Assembly: GCA_018814885.1 (NCBI GenBank)
Contig: JAHIYU010000177.1
Span: forward strand, 40,025 to 104,024
Length of the DNA: 64,000 nucleotides
From: a bacterium
GTDB lineage: Bacteria; Krumholzibacteriota; Krumholzibacteriia; LZORAL124-64-63
Direction of reading: 5' to 3'
Under the pieces are notes generated by a model that saw only the letters and a program-made list of their open reading frames with translations, was not told the origin of the DNA and made no database searches. This document shows, in pieces, positions 26,381-35,785 of the stretch (the stretch's first letter is position 1; each line of letters starts with the position of its first letter). The position numbers and the translations under genes were made by a program.

Positions 26381-28183
26381 TCAACGTCTCCCGAATCTCT
26401 TCTCGAGCTCTTCACGCGTGAACTGGATGAGGGTCGGGCGCCCGTGAGGGCAAGAAAGGGGCTTGTCGGTGGCGAAGAGCCGGTCCAGCAGGTTCTGCAT
26501 CTCCGGTTGCGTCATCAGGGCACCGGCGCGCACCGCGCCGTGACAGGCATAGCTGGCGAGCAGATCGTCGTGGGAGGCGTTGTCGGCCCGGCCCGTCTCG
26601 GACAGGTCGTCAAGCACGTCGAGCAGGAGCTGACCCTCGCGCCAGTTCTTGAGTGACGAGGGGATGCCCTGGACCAGGATCGAGTGCCCCCCGAAGGGCT
26701 GGATGGCGAAGCCCAGCTTTCCCAGTTCGGCGGCGTGAGACTGGTAGGTCTGCACCTGCATGGGCGTGAGGTCGAGGTTGACGGGGAACAGGAGCTGCTG
26801 CACGGGCACGCGGGGGGATGTCTCGCCCAGGGTCTTGCGGGCCTCGTTGTAGAGGATCCGCTCGTGGCTGTTGTGCTGGTCGATGATCAGCAGCCCGCCC
26901 CGGGTCTGGGTGCAGATGTAGGTCCGGTGCAGTTGCCAGAACGGAGCCTGCCGCCCCGGCTCTCCCCCGCCGGTGCCCGGGAACGGGTCGGCAGCGATAA
27001 TCCGGGCCTCACGGCCGTCGGCGCCGTCGAAGAGCGACGGTTGCCCGTCGGCGGGCGCGCCGCCCGGAGACGTGAAATGCCTGCGCAGATAATCCTCCTG
27101 AGCTTCCGCGAGGCTCTGCAGGGGGCCGCGGTTGGACGATGGCGCATCGACGGGCGCCGTCCCGTCGTCCGGCGCGAAGGCGGGGTCGGCTCTCAGATCG
27201 AGACCTTCGCGCAGCGCGGTCATGACCATGCCGAAGATGTGGCGCTCCAGCACCAGGCGCACCTCGCTCTTGGTCGGATGTACGTTCACGTCCACGTCCC
27301 CGTGGGGGATGTCCAGAAAAAGCAGGACGACTGGATGCCGTCCCGGCGGGATGACGTCCTTGTATGCCAGCCGCACGGCCTGCGCCAGCGCGTTGCTCTC
27401 GACCGGCCGCCGGTTCACGTAGAAGAACTGCTGCGCGCGGCTGATCCGGGTCAGGGTGGGGCGCGAGGCGAGGCCTCCCACACCGATTCCCCCCTCCACG
27501 CGCTCGAAGCGGCCCAGGTGCTCCAGAATCTGGGCGCCGAGGAGATCGCGCACGCGCGACGGCAGCGAATCGGCGGGCAGGAGATCCAGCAGCGTCGTGC
27601 CGTCGGCCGTCAGGCGCCAGCGCACTTCGGGATAGGCCAGAGCGATGGTGGTGACGGTGTTCAGGACGGCTTTCTTCTCGGCCTGGGGCGTCTTGAGATA
27701 CTTGCGCCGGGCCGGCGTGTTGTAGAAGAGATCCTCGATGGTGACAGTGGTGCCGCGGTTGCGCGGAGACGGTTCGCGCCGTTCGACGACGCTGCCCGCC
27801 ACGCGGATCATGCCACCCACATCCTCGTCGGCGGTCCGGCTGACCACAGTGCACCGACTCACCGACGCGATGCTGGCGAGGGCCTCGCCGCGGAAGCCGA
27901 ATGATGCCACCTGCGTTATGTCGGCGGCCGAGATGATCTTCGAGGTGGCGTGGCGTTCGAGGGCCAGCGGGAGCTCGCGGTAGGGTATGCCTTCCCCGTC
28001 GTCTTCCACCACGATGGCGGCAGCGCCGCCGTCCGTGATGGAAATCCCGATGTTGCCGGCCCCGGCATCCAGCGCGTTCTCGGCCAGTTCCTTGACCACC
28101 GAGGCCGGACGCTCGATGACCTCGCCGGCGGCGATGCGGTCGACCGAGGCGCTGTCCAGTATCCTGATGGGATGGCGAGGCAT
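26381..28183 (-). CDS. mutL: DNA mismatch repair protein MutL
   Basis: GHKL ATPase motifs (VVKELAENALDAGA, VVEDDGEGI) plus C-terminal dimerisation domain. Start at ATG 28183 (MPRHPIRILD). Confidence 0.9.
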   Translation of the reverse strand: MPRHPIRILDSASVDRIAAGEVIERPASVVKELAENALDAGAGNIGISITDGGAAAIVVEDDGEGIPYRELPLALERHATSKIISAADITQVASFGFRGEALASIASVSRCTVVSRTADEDVGGMIRVAGSVVERREPSPRNRGTTVTIEDLFYNTPARRKYLKTPQAEKKAVLNTVTTIALAYPEVRWRLTADGTTLLDLLPADSLPSRVRDLLGAQILEHLGRFERVEGGIGVGGLASRPTLTRISRAQQFFYVNRRPVESNALAQAVRLAYKDVIPPGRHPVVLLFLDIPHGDVDVNVHPTKSEVRLVLERHIFGMVMTALREGLDLRADPAFAPDDGTAPVDAPSSNRGPLQSLAEAQEDYLRRHFTSPGGAPADGQPSLFDGADGREARIIAADPFPGTGGGEPGRQAPFWQLHRTYICTQTRGGLLIIDQHNSHERILYNEARKTLGETSPRVPVQQLLFPVNLDLTPMQVQTYQSHAAELGKLGFAIQPFGGHSILVQGIPSSLKNWREGQLLLDVLDDLSETGRADNASHDDLLASYACHGAVRAGALMTQPEMQNLLDRLFATDKPLSCPHGRPTLIQFTREELEKRFGRR

Positions 28184-28278
28184 CGCGTCGTCGGCTCCCG
28201 TGATCCGTGGTTTCGATGGGACGGCAGGCCGGATGCTGCCGAGCAGGAGCCTAAGATAACGGCAGGCTGCGAGAATCG

Positions 28279-30546
28279 TCAATCATCGTCGCGCGACCGG
28301 TTGGTCAACCTGTGCAGGGCGGTGTCCACGAGTTCCTCCGGGGAGGTATCACGGCCGGGATAGAGGGCGCGGCCGACGCGCACGACCAGCTCGGGGTCTC
28401 CCGCCACCTCGCGCAGCGCCAGGACGGCGCGTTGTTCGAGGTGGGCCACGGCGTGGGTCTCCTCCGGGGCGACGACGAACAGCTGTCCTTCGTCCCCGGC
28501 GAAGAGCAGGTCAGAGGTCCGCAAGCGGGCGGCCAGGGGTTCCAGGTGCGCGGCGGCGGATATGTCCTGTCGATCACAGACGAAAGCGGAGAGGGAAAAG
28601 GCCACGTGGTAGCGATCCGCCCGGTCGATCTCGCGCGCCAGCGTCAGCAGCAAGGTGCCGGGGACGGCGGTGGCGGGTGCCGCGTCCCGCACGGTGCTTC
28701 TCTGGGAGCGGGGCTCGCCGGCAACGGCCGGCAGATTGGCCAGGTGGCGCGCCAGGACGCCGTCGAAGGCCGTGAAGGACGAACTGTCGCCGGGGTGCAG
28801 CCGATCCTTGTCGATCAGGATGAAGCCGGAGACGGCGGCGTTGCCGGGACCGCGCACCGCCAGGCAGGACCGCGACGGGCCGTCCATGAAACCGGGCGCG
28901 GTGACGGTGATCAGCCACCCAGCGTCGCCGACACGATCGATCAGCTCGCGGGCCGCGGCCCGCCGGGGATCGATCCCGGGTGCGGGATCCCCGGGGAACA
29001 CCACGTCCCTGGCGCCGGTCAGCCTCCGCAGGAACTGGTCGAGCGTGGCCCGGCGCTGTGCCGTGTCGCCGTAGTCGCGACGGGATTCATCGCCGAGAAA
29101 GGCGGTCAGGGCGCGCAGCCGTTCACAGTGATCACGTTCCTCGCAGCGGCGCAGAAGGTCCGTCAGCCGGTGGTCGAGAAAAGCCGCCACGGAACCGGCG
29201 CGCGCCTGGAAACGATGGGCGTCGGCGGCGGCCCCGAAACGGATGGCCAGCACCGCCCGGACCGGGGCAGGGCCGATGGGCAGGAAGAAGATGGACAGAC
29301 CGTCGCCATCGCCGGCTGCGTCTGCATCAGCCTGACGGACCACCACCGGCTTTGCGCTCTGGAGGACGTCGTCCCAGGCGGGGTGCTGCTGCGGGATGGC
29401 GCCGGTGTGGGTCTCGCCGGCGGCGGTGCCCTCGGCAAGCAGCAGGGCGCCGTCATCGAGCACGATCCCCAGCGATGCATGATCGGCACCCAGGGCCATG
29501 GCGAGGGCCGCGGACCAGCCGGCCAGGACCGTCTCCAGCTTCTCCTCTCCGCCGGCCAGTTCACGGAATTCACGGCTCAGGTGCTTGCGCATGTGGCCGG
29601 TCCACATGTGGCGATCCCCGGTCGTGATGTGCAGGATGCCGGCGATGGCGTCGCCGACGGTGCCGAGATCGGCAAGATGCGAGGCGTCGAACACAGGTTC
29701 CCCATGCCCGACGTTCACGTTCAGAACGCCGAGCAGGTCGCCGTCGTGGACCAGTGGCACGCACAGGGCGGCGGCGAGCTGTCCACGCTCGGGGCGCGTG
29801 TCTCCGTGCTGCGGCTCGCGCACGAGCTCGGGGAGACGCGACCGGGCCACGCGACCCGCCACGCCCGTGTCCAGGGGCTGCCGCGTGTGGTACAGGGTGC
29901 GTGCGCTCAATCCCCTGGCCGCGGCGATGAACAAGGCCTCCGCACGCGAATCGTACAGCATGAGGGATCCGGAGGTACCGCCCACGGCGGCCATGGCCAA
30001 CGACAGCAGCCAGGGCAGCAATGCCTCCCGGTCGTGGGCGTCCCCGATGCGGCCCAGCGTCTTGAGGGCTGCGTCGAGATTGCCTGTCGCGTGGACGGGG
30101 CCGGGCGTGTCCGGCTCCTCTGTGTTGGCGGTGGGCAATGGAGCGCCGCCGCCGGCGAGCAACATCTCGAATTCCTCGGCGCCCACCGCGAGCAGGGATC
30201 CGGTCTCGGCCGCCCTGCGGAGGGCGTCTTCGGAGCGCCGCTCAGGCGGCGTCACGACGTGCGTCTTGGACGGGGGTGAGAAGCCGGAGAAATCCGGTCG
30301 GACAGGCAGCCCCATGATCTCGGCCAGGGGCGTGCCGAGTGCGGTACCGGGTGGATCGACCACGCCGAGCAGGCGCACGTCCGCGCGCCGCCGGCAAACA
30401 GCCAACAGCGGTATCTCCCCCTCGCCCGGCCTGTAGAAGATCACGTGCCACATGGCGGACCGATCCGTTGCAGGGTTCGACCCTCTCGCATCCAGTATAG
30501 CATCGGCGGCTGGAGGGACACCTGTAGATTCGAGGGCCGCGGCCAT
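28279..30546 (-). CDS. Multidomain signalling protein: GAF domain(s) plus degenerate GGDEF-like C-terminal domain
   Basis: 755 aa. GAF-like block (SLMLYDSRAEALFIAAARG...CVPLVHDGDLLGVLNV). C-terminal DLLFAGDEGQLFVVAPEET...VRVGRALYP...VDTALHRLTNRS resembles a GGDEF domain with the GG[DE]EF motif changed to AGDEG. Confidence 0.6.
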   Translation of the reverse strand: MAAALESTGVPPAADAILDARGSNPATDRSAMWHVIFYRPGEGEIPLLAVCRRRADVRLLGVVDPPGTALGTPLAEIMGLPVRPDFSGFSPPSKTHVVTPPERRSEDALRRAAETGSLLAVGAEEFEMLLAGGGAPLPTANTEEPDTPGPVHATGNLDAALKTLGRIGDAHDREALLPWLLSLAMAAVGGTSGSLMLYDSRAEALFIAAARGLSARTLYHTRQPLDTGVAGRVARSRLPELVREPQHGDTRPERGQLAAALCVPLVHDGDLLGVLNVNVGHGEPVFDASHLADLGTVGDAIAGILHITTGDRHMWTGHMRKHLSREFRELAGGEEKLETVLAGWSAALAMALGADHASLGIVLDDGALLLAEGTAAGETHTGAIPQQHPAWDDVLQSAKPVVVRQADADAAGDGDGLSIFFLPIGPAPVRAVLAIRFGAAADAHRFQARAGSVAAFLDHRLTDLLRRCEERDHCERLRALTAFLGDESRRDYGDTAQRRATLDQFLRRLTGARDVVFPGDPAPGIDPRRAAARELIDRVGDAGWLITVTAPGFMDGPSRSCLAVRGPGNAAVSGFILIDKDRLHPGDSSSFTAFDGVLARHLANLPAVAGEPRSQRSTVRDAAPATAVPGTLLLTLAREIDRADRYHVAFSLSAFVCDRQDISAAAHLEPLAARLRTSDLLFAGDEGQLFVVAPEETHAVAHLEQRAVLALREVAGDPELVVRVGRALYPGRDTSPEELVDTALHRLTNRSRDDD

Positions 30547-33201
30547 TTACCCGAGTTGCTTCTTGATGCGCGCGAGCCAGAGGAAGGCGTCGAGAGGGCT
30601 GAGGGACTCGAGATCCAGTTCGCGCAGGCCGTCCAGGGCGTCCCGTTCACCGTCGGTGAACAGCGAGAGCTGTCGGTCGGGAGCGGCGAAGCTGTCGGCC
30701 GCCACGGAGAAGGCGGCGCCGTCCGGCAGACGATCCGGCGCCAGGGCGCGGGCGTCCTCGGCCGTCATGGTCGCCAGCAAGGTCTCGGCGCGCCGCAGCA
30801 CCGGTTCAGGCACGCCGGCCAGGCGCGCCACGTGGATGCCGTAGCTCTTGTCGCTGCAGCCGGGTTTGACGGCGTGCAGGAAGATGATCCTGCCCTCCCA
30901 CTCCTTCACGTCCATGCGCAGGTTCACCAGGCGCGGCAGCCGTGATTCCAGCTCGGTGAGTTCGTGATAGTGGGTGGCGAAGATGGTGCGGGGACGGGGG
31001 CCGTCGTCGTGATGCAGGAACTCGGTGATGGCCCAGGCCAGGGACAGGCCGTCGTAGGTGGACGTGCCGCGGCCGACCTCGTCCAGGATCACCAGACTGC
31101 GCCGGGACATCTGGTGGAGGATGCGCGCCGACTCGCTCATCTCCGCGAAGAAGGTGGATTGGCCGCGGGCCAGGTTGTCGCTGGCGCCCACGCGCGTGAA
31201 GATGCGGTCCGCGAGGCCGATGACCGCGCGGGCGGCGGGCACGAAGCCGCCGGCCTGTGCCATGATCGTCAACAGCGCCACCTGGCGCAGGTAGGTGGAC
31301 TTGCCGCCCATGTTGGGGCCCGTCAACAGGAGCACCTGGCGCGAGCCGCTGTCCAGCAGGGTGTCGTTGGGTATGAAGTCGTGATCGAGCAGGCGCTCGA
31401 CCACGGGGTGGCGGCCGCCGTTGATGTCCAGCACGAGCGAGTCGTCGCAGACGGGGCGGCAGTAGCCGCGCTGCTCGGCGATCTCGGCGTAGGCGAACAT
31501 CAGGTCCACGGCGGCGAGCAGGCGCGAGCTGCGGCGGATCTCGTCCAGGCGCCCGGCGACGGCGCGGACCAGGCGGCCGAAGATCTCGCTCTCCCGGGCC
31601 TGGATGCGGTCCTCCGCTTCCAGGATGGTCTGCTCGGCCCGCTTGAGGTCCTCGGTATGGAAACGCGCCGAGTTGACCAGGGTCTGTTTCTGCTGGTAGT
31701 CGGGCGGCACCTTGTCGCGGTGCTTGTTGGTCACCTCGAAAAAATAGCCGAACACCTTGTTGAAGCCGACCTTCAGCGTGGGGATGCCCGTGCGTTCCCT
31801 CTCCCGGGTCTGGAGCGAGGCGAGATATCCCTTGGTGTCGCTGGCGACGGACTTGGCGGCGTCCAGTTCCGCATCCACGCCGGAGCGTATGATGTCGCCG
31901 GGTTTCAGCTGGGCCGGCGGCTGGTCGGAGAGGGTGGACATGATCTCGACCGACAGAGCGGCCAGATCGGGCATCGCCAAGGCCCACTCCCCCGCCGGGT
32001 GGCTCCCGTGGCCGAAGGCCAGCACCTGGACTGCCACCTCGTGCGCAGCCTGCAGTGAGTTGCCGAGTTGCCGCAAGCGAGCGGGGCCGATGCGGCCGGA
32101 AGCCGCGTGCACGGCCCAGCGGTCCAGATCGCCCACGTCGCGCAGCGCGCCGCGCACGTCGCGACGCCAGTCCCTGTCCGATACAGCGCCGTCCACGCCG
32201 GCGTGCCAGCGCGCCAGCTCCTGCAGATCGGTCCAGGGTTCGGCCAGCCGTCGTTCGAGCAGGCGTCTACCCATGGGTGTGAGGGTGGCGTCCAGGTGGT
32301 GGACGAGCGTGCCTTCGCCCCGTTCACCCCGGAACGTGCGAAACACCTCCAGATTGCGCAAGGTCTCCTCGTCGAGCAGCAGCCGGTCTGCGCGCGCTGT
32401 GAAGACCAGCGACGTGATCTGCTCTGGCTTGCGCAGGGCGAGCGAGGTCAGGTAACGCAGCAGCGCGCCGGCTGCGCCGACGGCGGGGGCGCGCGACTCG
32501 TCCTCCAGGCCGAAGGGATCCAGGCTCAGCACGCCGAAATGATCGAGCAGCGTCTCGCGGGCGAAGGACGGATGGTACCAGGCGGCGCTCACGGTGTTGA
32601 TCACGGTGCCCGGCATGGCGCGCCGCCAGGTCCGGCAGAGCTCGGCGTCGACTCCTTCGGAGAGGATCACCTCGCGGGCGTCGTAACGCTCGCACAGGGA
32701 CGCCAGGCTGGCGTCCTCCTGGCCGCAACGGAACTCGCCCGTGCTCGCGTCGAGAACCGCCCAGCCGGCATCGCCGCCGGTGCCGGGCGCATACGACAGG
32801 CAGAACACGCCGCCGGCACCCTCGACCAATTCGGGGGCCGTGGCGGTCCCGGGGCTGACCACCTTGACCACCGCGCGCTTGACCAGACCCTTGGCCTGCG
32901 CCGGATCCTCCACCTGGTCGCAGATGGCCACGGTCAGACCGGCGGCGAGCAGCCGCGCGAGATAGGTGTCCAGGGCATGGTGGGGTACGCCGGCCAGGGG
33001 TACCGGGTTTTCGCTGTTCTTGTCGCGCGTGGTGAGGGTGACGTTGCAGGTCTCGGACAGCACGCGGGCGTCGTCGAAGAAGGTCTCGTAGAAGTCACCC
33101 ATGCGGAACAGCAGCAGCGCGTCGGGATGCGCTCGCTTTATCTCCAGGTACTGGGCGAGCATGGGCGTCAACTTGGGAGACGAGGCCTGCCGGGAGCTCA
33201 T
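30547..33201 (-). CDS. mutS: DNA mismatch repair protein MutS
   Basis: 884 aa. Mismatch-binding N-terminus (TPMLAQYLEIKRAHPDALLLFRMGDFYETFFDDA) and Walker A (GPNMGGKST). Confidence 0.9.
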   Translation of the reverse strand: MSSRQASSPKLTPMLAQYLEIKRAHPDALLLFRMGDFYETFFDDARVLSETCNVTLTTRDKNSENPVPLAGVPHHALDTYLARLLAAGLTVAICDQVEDPAQAKGLVKRAVVKVVSPGTATAPELVEGAGGVFCLSYAPGTGGDAGWAVLDASTGEFRCGQEDASLASLCERYDAREVILSEGVDAELCRTWRRAMPGTVINTVSAAWYHPSFARETLLDHFGVLSLDPFGLEDESRAPAVGAAGALLRYLTSLALRKPEQITSLVFTARADRLLLDEETLRNLEVFRTFRGERGEGTLVHHLDATLTPMGRRLLERRLAEPWTDLQELARWHAGVDGAVSDRDWRRDVRGALRDVGDLDRWAVHAASGRIGPARLRQLGNSLQAAHEVAVQVLAFGHGSHPAGEWALAMPDLAALSVEIMSTLSDQPPAQLKPGDIIRSGVDAELDAAKSVASDTKGYLASLQTRERERTGIPTLKVGFNKVFGYFFEVTNKHRDKVPPDYQQKQTLVNSARFHTEDLKRAEQTILEAEDRIQARESEIFGRLVRAVAGRLDEIRRSSRLLAAVDLMFAYAEIAEQRGYCRPVCDDSLVLDINGGRHPVVERLLDHDFIPNDTLLDSGSRQVLLLTGPNMGGKSTYLRQVALLTIMAQAGGFVPAARAVIGLADRIFTRVGASDNLARGQSTFFAEMSESARILHQMSRRSLVILDEVGRGTSTYDGLSLAWAITEFLHHDDGPRPRTIFATHYHELTELESRLPRLVNLRMDVKEWEGRIIFLHAVKPGCSDKSYGIHVARLAGVPEPVLRRAETLLATMTAEDARALAPDRLPDGAAFSVAADSFAAPDRQLSLFTDGERDALDGLRELDLESLSPLDAFLWLARIKKQLG

Positions 33202-34271
33202 GGGGAATCGTCTGCCTTGACCGGCAACGGGTCGAGATCGTAGCTGGCGCGCAGGAGGGCGGCCTGGTCGCGCGCCTGGGACATGCCGGGGTACGAGCCG
33301 GCGCGCAGCTTGTAGAGGGTCAGCCCGCGCTCGTCGGTCACCTCGCTGATCAGCAGCCCGGGAAGGCGCTCGCGCCAGTCATCCAGGAATTTCAACGCGC
33401 GGGCCCTGTCGGCGAAAGCGGCGAACTGGAGGGCGTAGCGTCCGGAAGCCGTTGCCGGCGCCGGAGATTCTTCCCCGAACGGCGTGGAATCGTGCGCGCT
33501 CGCCGACGGAGCTTCGAGACTCCGCTGCAACTCCTCCAGACGCAGCTCCTGCTCGGCGACGAGGGCGGCGGGCAGGGAGCGCGAGAAGCGGTGTTCCAGT
33601 TCGCGGCGAAGGCGGATGGCGTACTGGGGGTCCGTCTCGGCCGCCAGCATCCAGTCCACCAGCAGGATCTCGGCGCGACACGGCGTATCCTCGGTCCGGC
33701 CTGCCATCTCGAGGTAGCGCCGGGCCAGCGCCGGCTCGCCGTCGGCCAGCGCGAGTCGGGCCAGCAGATAACGGGCCCGGTCGTAATCGGGATCGCCCGG
33801 GGGCACGGCGGCCAGGGCGCCCCGGCTGCGCGCGACATCTCCCCGGGCGCGCCAGGCCAGTCCGCCCAGCAGGGTCGTGGAGGCCGCGGTCTCGCCGTTC
33901 CCCAGGGCTATTTCCTCCAGCGAGGCGATCGCCGCCGCGTAATCGCCAGCTCCGAAAGCCTGCCAGGCGGCGTCTGCGAGGAGCAGGTTGCGCGCCGGGG
34001 AGCCGAGATCGGGGGCGTCGAGCAACTCGCGTCGCAGTTCAGCGGCCTCCGCCGGGGATTCCGCGAGACGGAAGCGCCAGTAGAGAGACTGCGGGGTGGC
34101 GGCGTCGTTGGCCGTTAGTGCGGCGGTGAGTTCGCGGGCGTCCGTGAAGCGGCCCACGGCGAACAGGGAGCGTACGTCGTGCCAGTCGCCGCTGGGCGGA
34201 TCCGTGCCGCTGGCGACGGTTGCCGAGGCAACGGCGACGAGCAGGGCCGACCTCAGCACCGCTCGCCTCAT
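33198..34271 (-). CDS. Periplasmic TPR-like repeat protein with C-terminal SPOR domain
   Basis: Signal peptide MRRAVLRSALLVAVASA. C-terminal SPOR-like YALQFAAFADRARALKFL...YKLRAGSY. ATGA overlap with lapB. Confidence 0.65.
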   Translation of the reverse strand: MRRAVLRSALLVAVASATVASGTDPPSGDWHDVRSLFAVGRFTDARELTAALTANDAATPQSLYWRFRLAESPAEAAELRRELLDAPDLGSPARNLLLADAAWQAFGAGDYAAAIASLEEIALGNGETAASTTLLGGLAWRARGDVARSRGALAAVPPGDPDYDRARYLLARLALADGEPALARRYLEMAGRTEDTPCRAEILLVDWMLAAETDPQYAIRLRRELEHRFSRSLPAALVAEQELRLEELQRSLEAPSASAHDSTPFGEESPAPATASGRYALQFAAFADRARALKFLDDWRERLPGLLISEVTDERGLTLYKLRAGSYPGMSQARDQAALLRASYDLDPLPVKADDSP

Positions 34272-35440
34272 GCCGGCTCCCCGTAGGACGCAGGAGGAGC
34301 GAACGACGCGAAACTGCCGCAGTCGCGGCAATACCAGCGCACGCCCCGGGACTGCGCCGCACAGACGCGGCAGGTCCAGCTCCGGGGGCCCTCGGGGATG
34401 AACAGGGTGGACCAGACGCGGGTGAAGTCGCTGTCGGGCAGATCGTTGACCAGGATGCGCAGATACCCCGCCGCCACGGCCGGGGTCAGGCGCGGATCGC
34501 CTCGCTTGCTCTCGAGCATGCTGACCGCCTGTTCGCGGTCGCCGATCTTCTCCTGCAGCAGGGCCAGGGCCAGCCACAGGGAGGGCGGGGCGTCATCGTC
34601 CTGGCAGGCGGACTCGAGGATCGGGATGGATCTCTCGAAGCGACCTGCCGCCAGAAGGGCTTTCCGCAGGACCGGCAGCAGCAAATCGGCGGCGGCGGGA
34701 GCCAGGAGCAAACCCTCGGTGGCCAGCTCGGCGGCGCGTTCGTGGTTCTGCTCGCCGAGATGCGAATAGGCGCGCACGTAGAGCGCGAGGTGTCCGCGAG
34801 ATCCCGTCTTGTCCACGGTCCTGGCCAGGCGGCGTGCTTCGCCGTGATGCCCCGCCTGAGCGGCGCGCACTGCGCGGTCCAGCTGGAACAGTTCGTACTG
34901 GTCGGCGAATTCGGCGGCCGCTTCCGCCGGGGCGCGCTTGGCGCCTTCCTTGAGGGCGCGCGCTGCACCGTCCTCCTGCCCCTGTCCCAGGAACTGCCGG
35001 AAGCGCGCCCGCCAGAAACGGGGAGCCGAAAGATTGTGACGCAAAAGGGAGTCCAGCAGATCGCCGGCCTCGTCCCACAGCTCCAGGGACAGGAGGTCCT
35101 CGGTGAGCGCCAGGGTCACGGAGATCCTCTTGTGGGGCGGCAGCCCCGGGCGGGCGTTCAACCCGCGGTGCAGGGCGGCGGCCCGGCGCGGATCCCCGGT
35201 CAGGCGCAGCAGGTTGCCGAGCTGCAGGTAGGGATCGACGGCTTGCGGTTCCTGGTCGATGGCTTCCCGCAGAGCCTCGATCGCGCCGGCGGTATCGCCG
35301 GCCAGCCAGAGTTCCAGGCCGTGCGTGTAGGCGTCCTCGGCCACGCCGTGGCCGACGCGCCGGCGTAGGAGCAGGAACAGTGCCGCCGCCGCCAGCAGCA
35401 CGGCCAGGGCGATGAACCACGCGGAAGAGAATGCCGCCAT
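34268..35440 (-). CDS. lapB: Lipopolysaccharide assembly protein B (LapB/YciM): TPR repeats plus C-terminal rubredoxin-like zinc ribbon
   Basis: N-terminal TM helix, TPR repeats and C-terminal CRVCAAQ...WYCRDCG metal-binding motif. Located next to lapA. Confidence 0.8.
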   Translation of the reverse strand: MAAFSSAWFIALAVLLAAAALFLLLRRRVGHGVAEDAYTHGLELWLAGDTAGAIEALREAIDQEPQAVDPYLQLGNLLRLTGDPRRAAALHRGLNARPGLPPHKRISVTLALTEDLLSLELWDEAGDLLDSLLRHNLSAPRFWRARFRQFLGQGQEDGAARALKEGAKRAPAEAAAEFADQYELFQLDRAVRAAQAGHHGEARRLARTVDKTGSRGHLALYVRAYSHLGEQNHERAAELATEGLLLAPAAADLLLPVLRKALLAAGRFERSIPILESACQDDDAPPSLWLALALLQEKIGDREQAVSMLESKRGDPRLTPAVAAGYLRILVNDLPDSDFTRVWSTLFIPEGPRSWTCRVCAAQSRGVRWYCRDCGSFASFAPPASYGEPA

Positions 35441-35458
35441 CTGCTTGTCCTCCGTGGC

Positions 35459-35755
35459 TTAGTCCAGTTCGCGCAACGGCAGCGAACGCAACTCGGCGAT
35501 CTCGTTGTCACGGTCCCTCAGATCGCGCCCCAGGGCGCGGAGTCGGTTGCGCAGCTTGACTTCGCGAATGCCGCCGACGACCAGGCTGACGAATATGCCG
35601 GCGAGGAACCCGCCCAGCATCACGTAGTAGAGGGGGATGGCCAGGAACTTCCACCACAACAGGTCCAGGTCAACGGATTGATCGCTGTTCTGGGTGAAGA
35701 ACATGGCCATGGCGATCAAGACGAGCAGATAGAAGATTCCCTTGATGACCCACAC
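35459..35755 (-). CDS. lapA: Lipopolysaccharide assembly protein A (LapA/YciS, DUF1049)
   Basis: 98 aa with two TM helices and a C-terminal charged coiled segment. Immediately upstream of lapB. Confidence 0.7.
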   Translation of the reverse strand: MWVIKGIFYLLVLIAMAMFFTQNSDQSVDLDLLWWKFLAIPLYYVMLGGFLAGIFVSLVVGGIREVKLRNRLRALGRDLRDRDNEIAELRSLPLRELD

Positions 35756-35785
35756 GATTACACCTCGCGGCTGGTTCGAGTCGAT

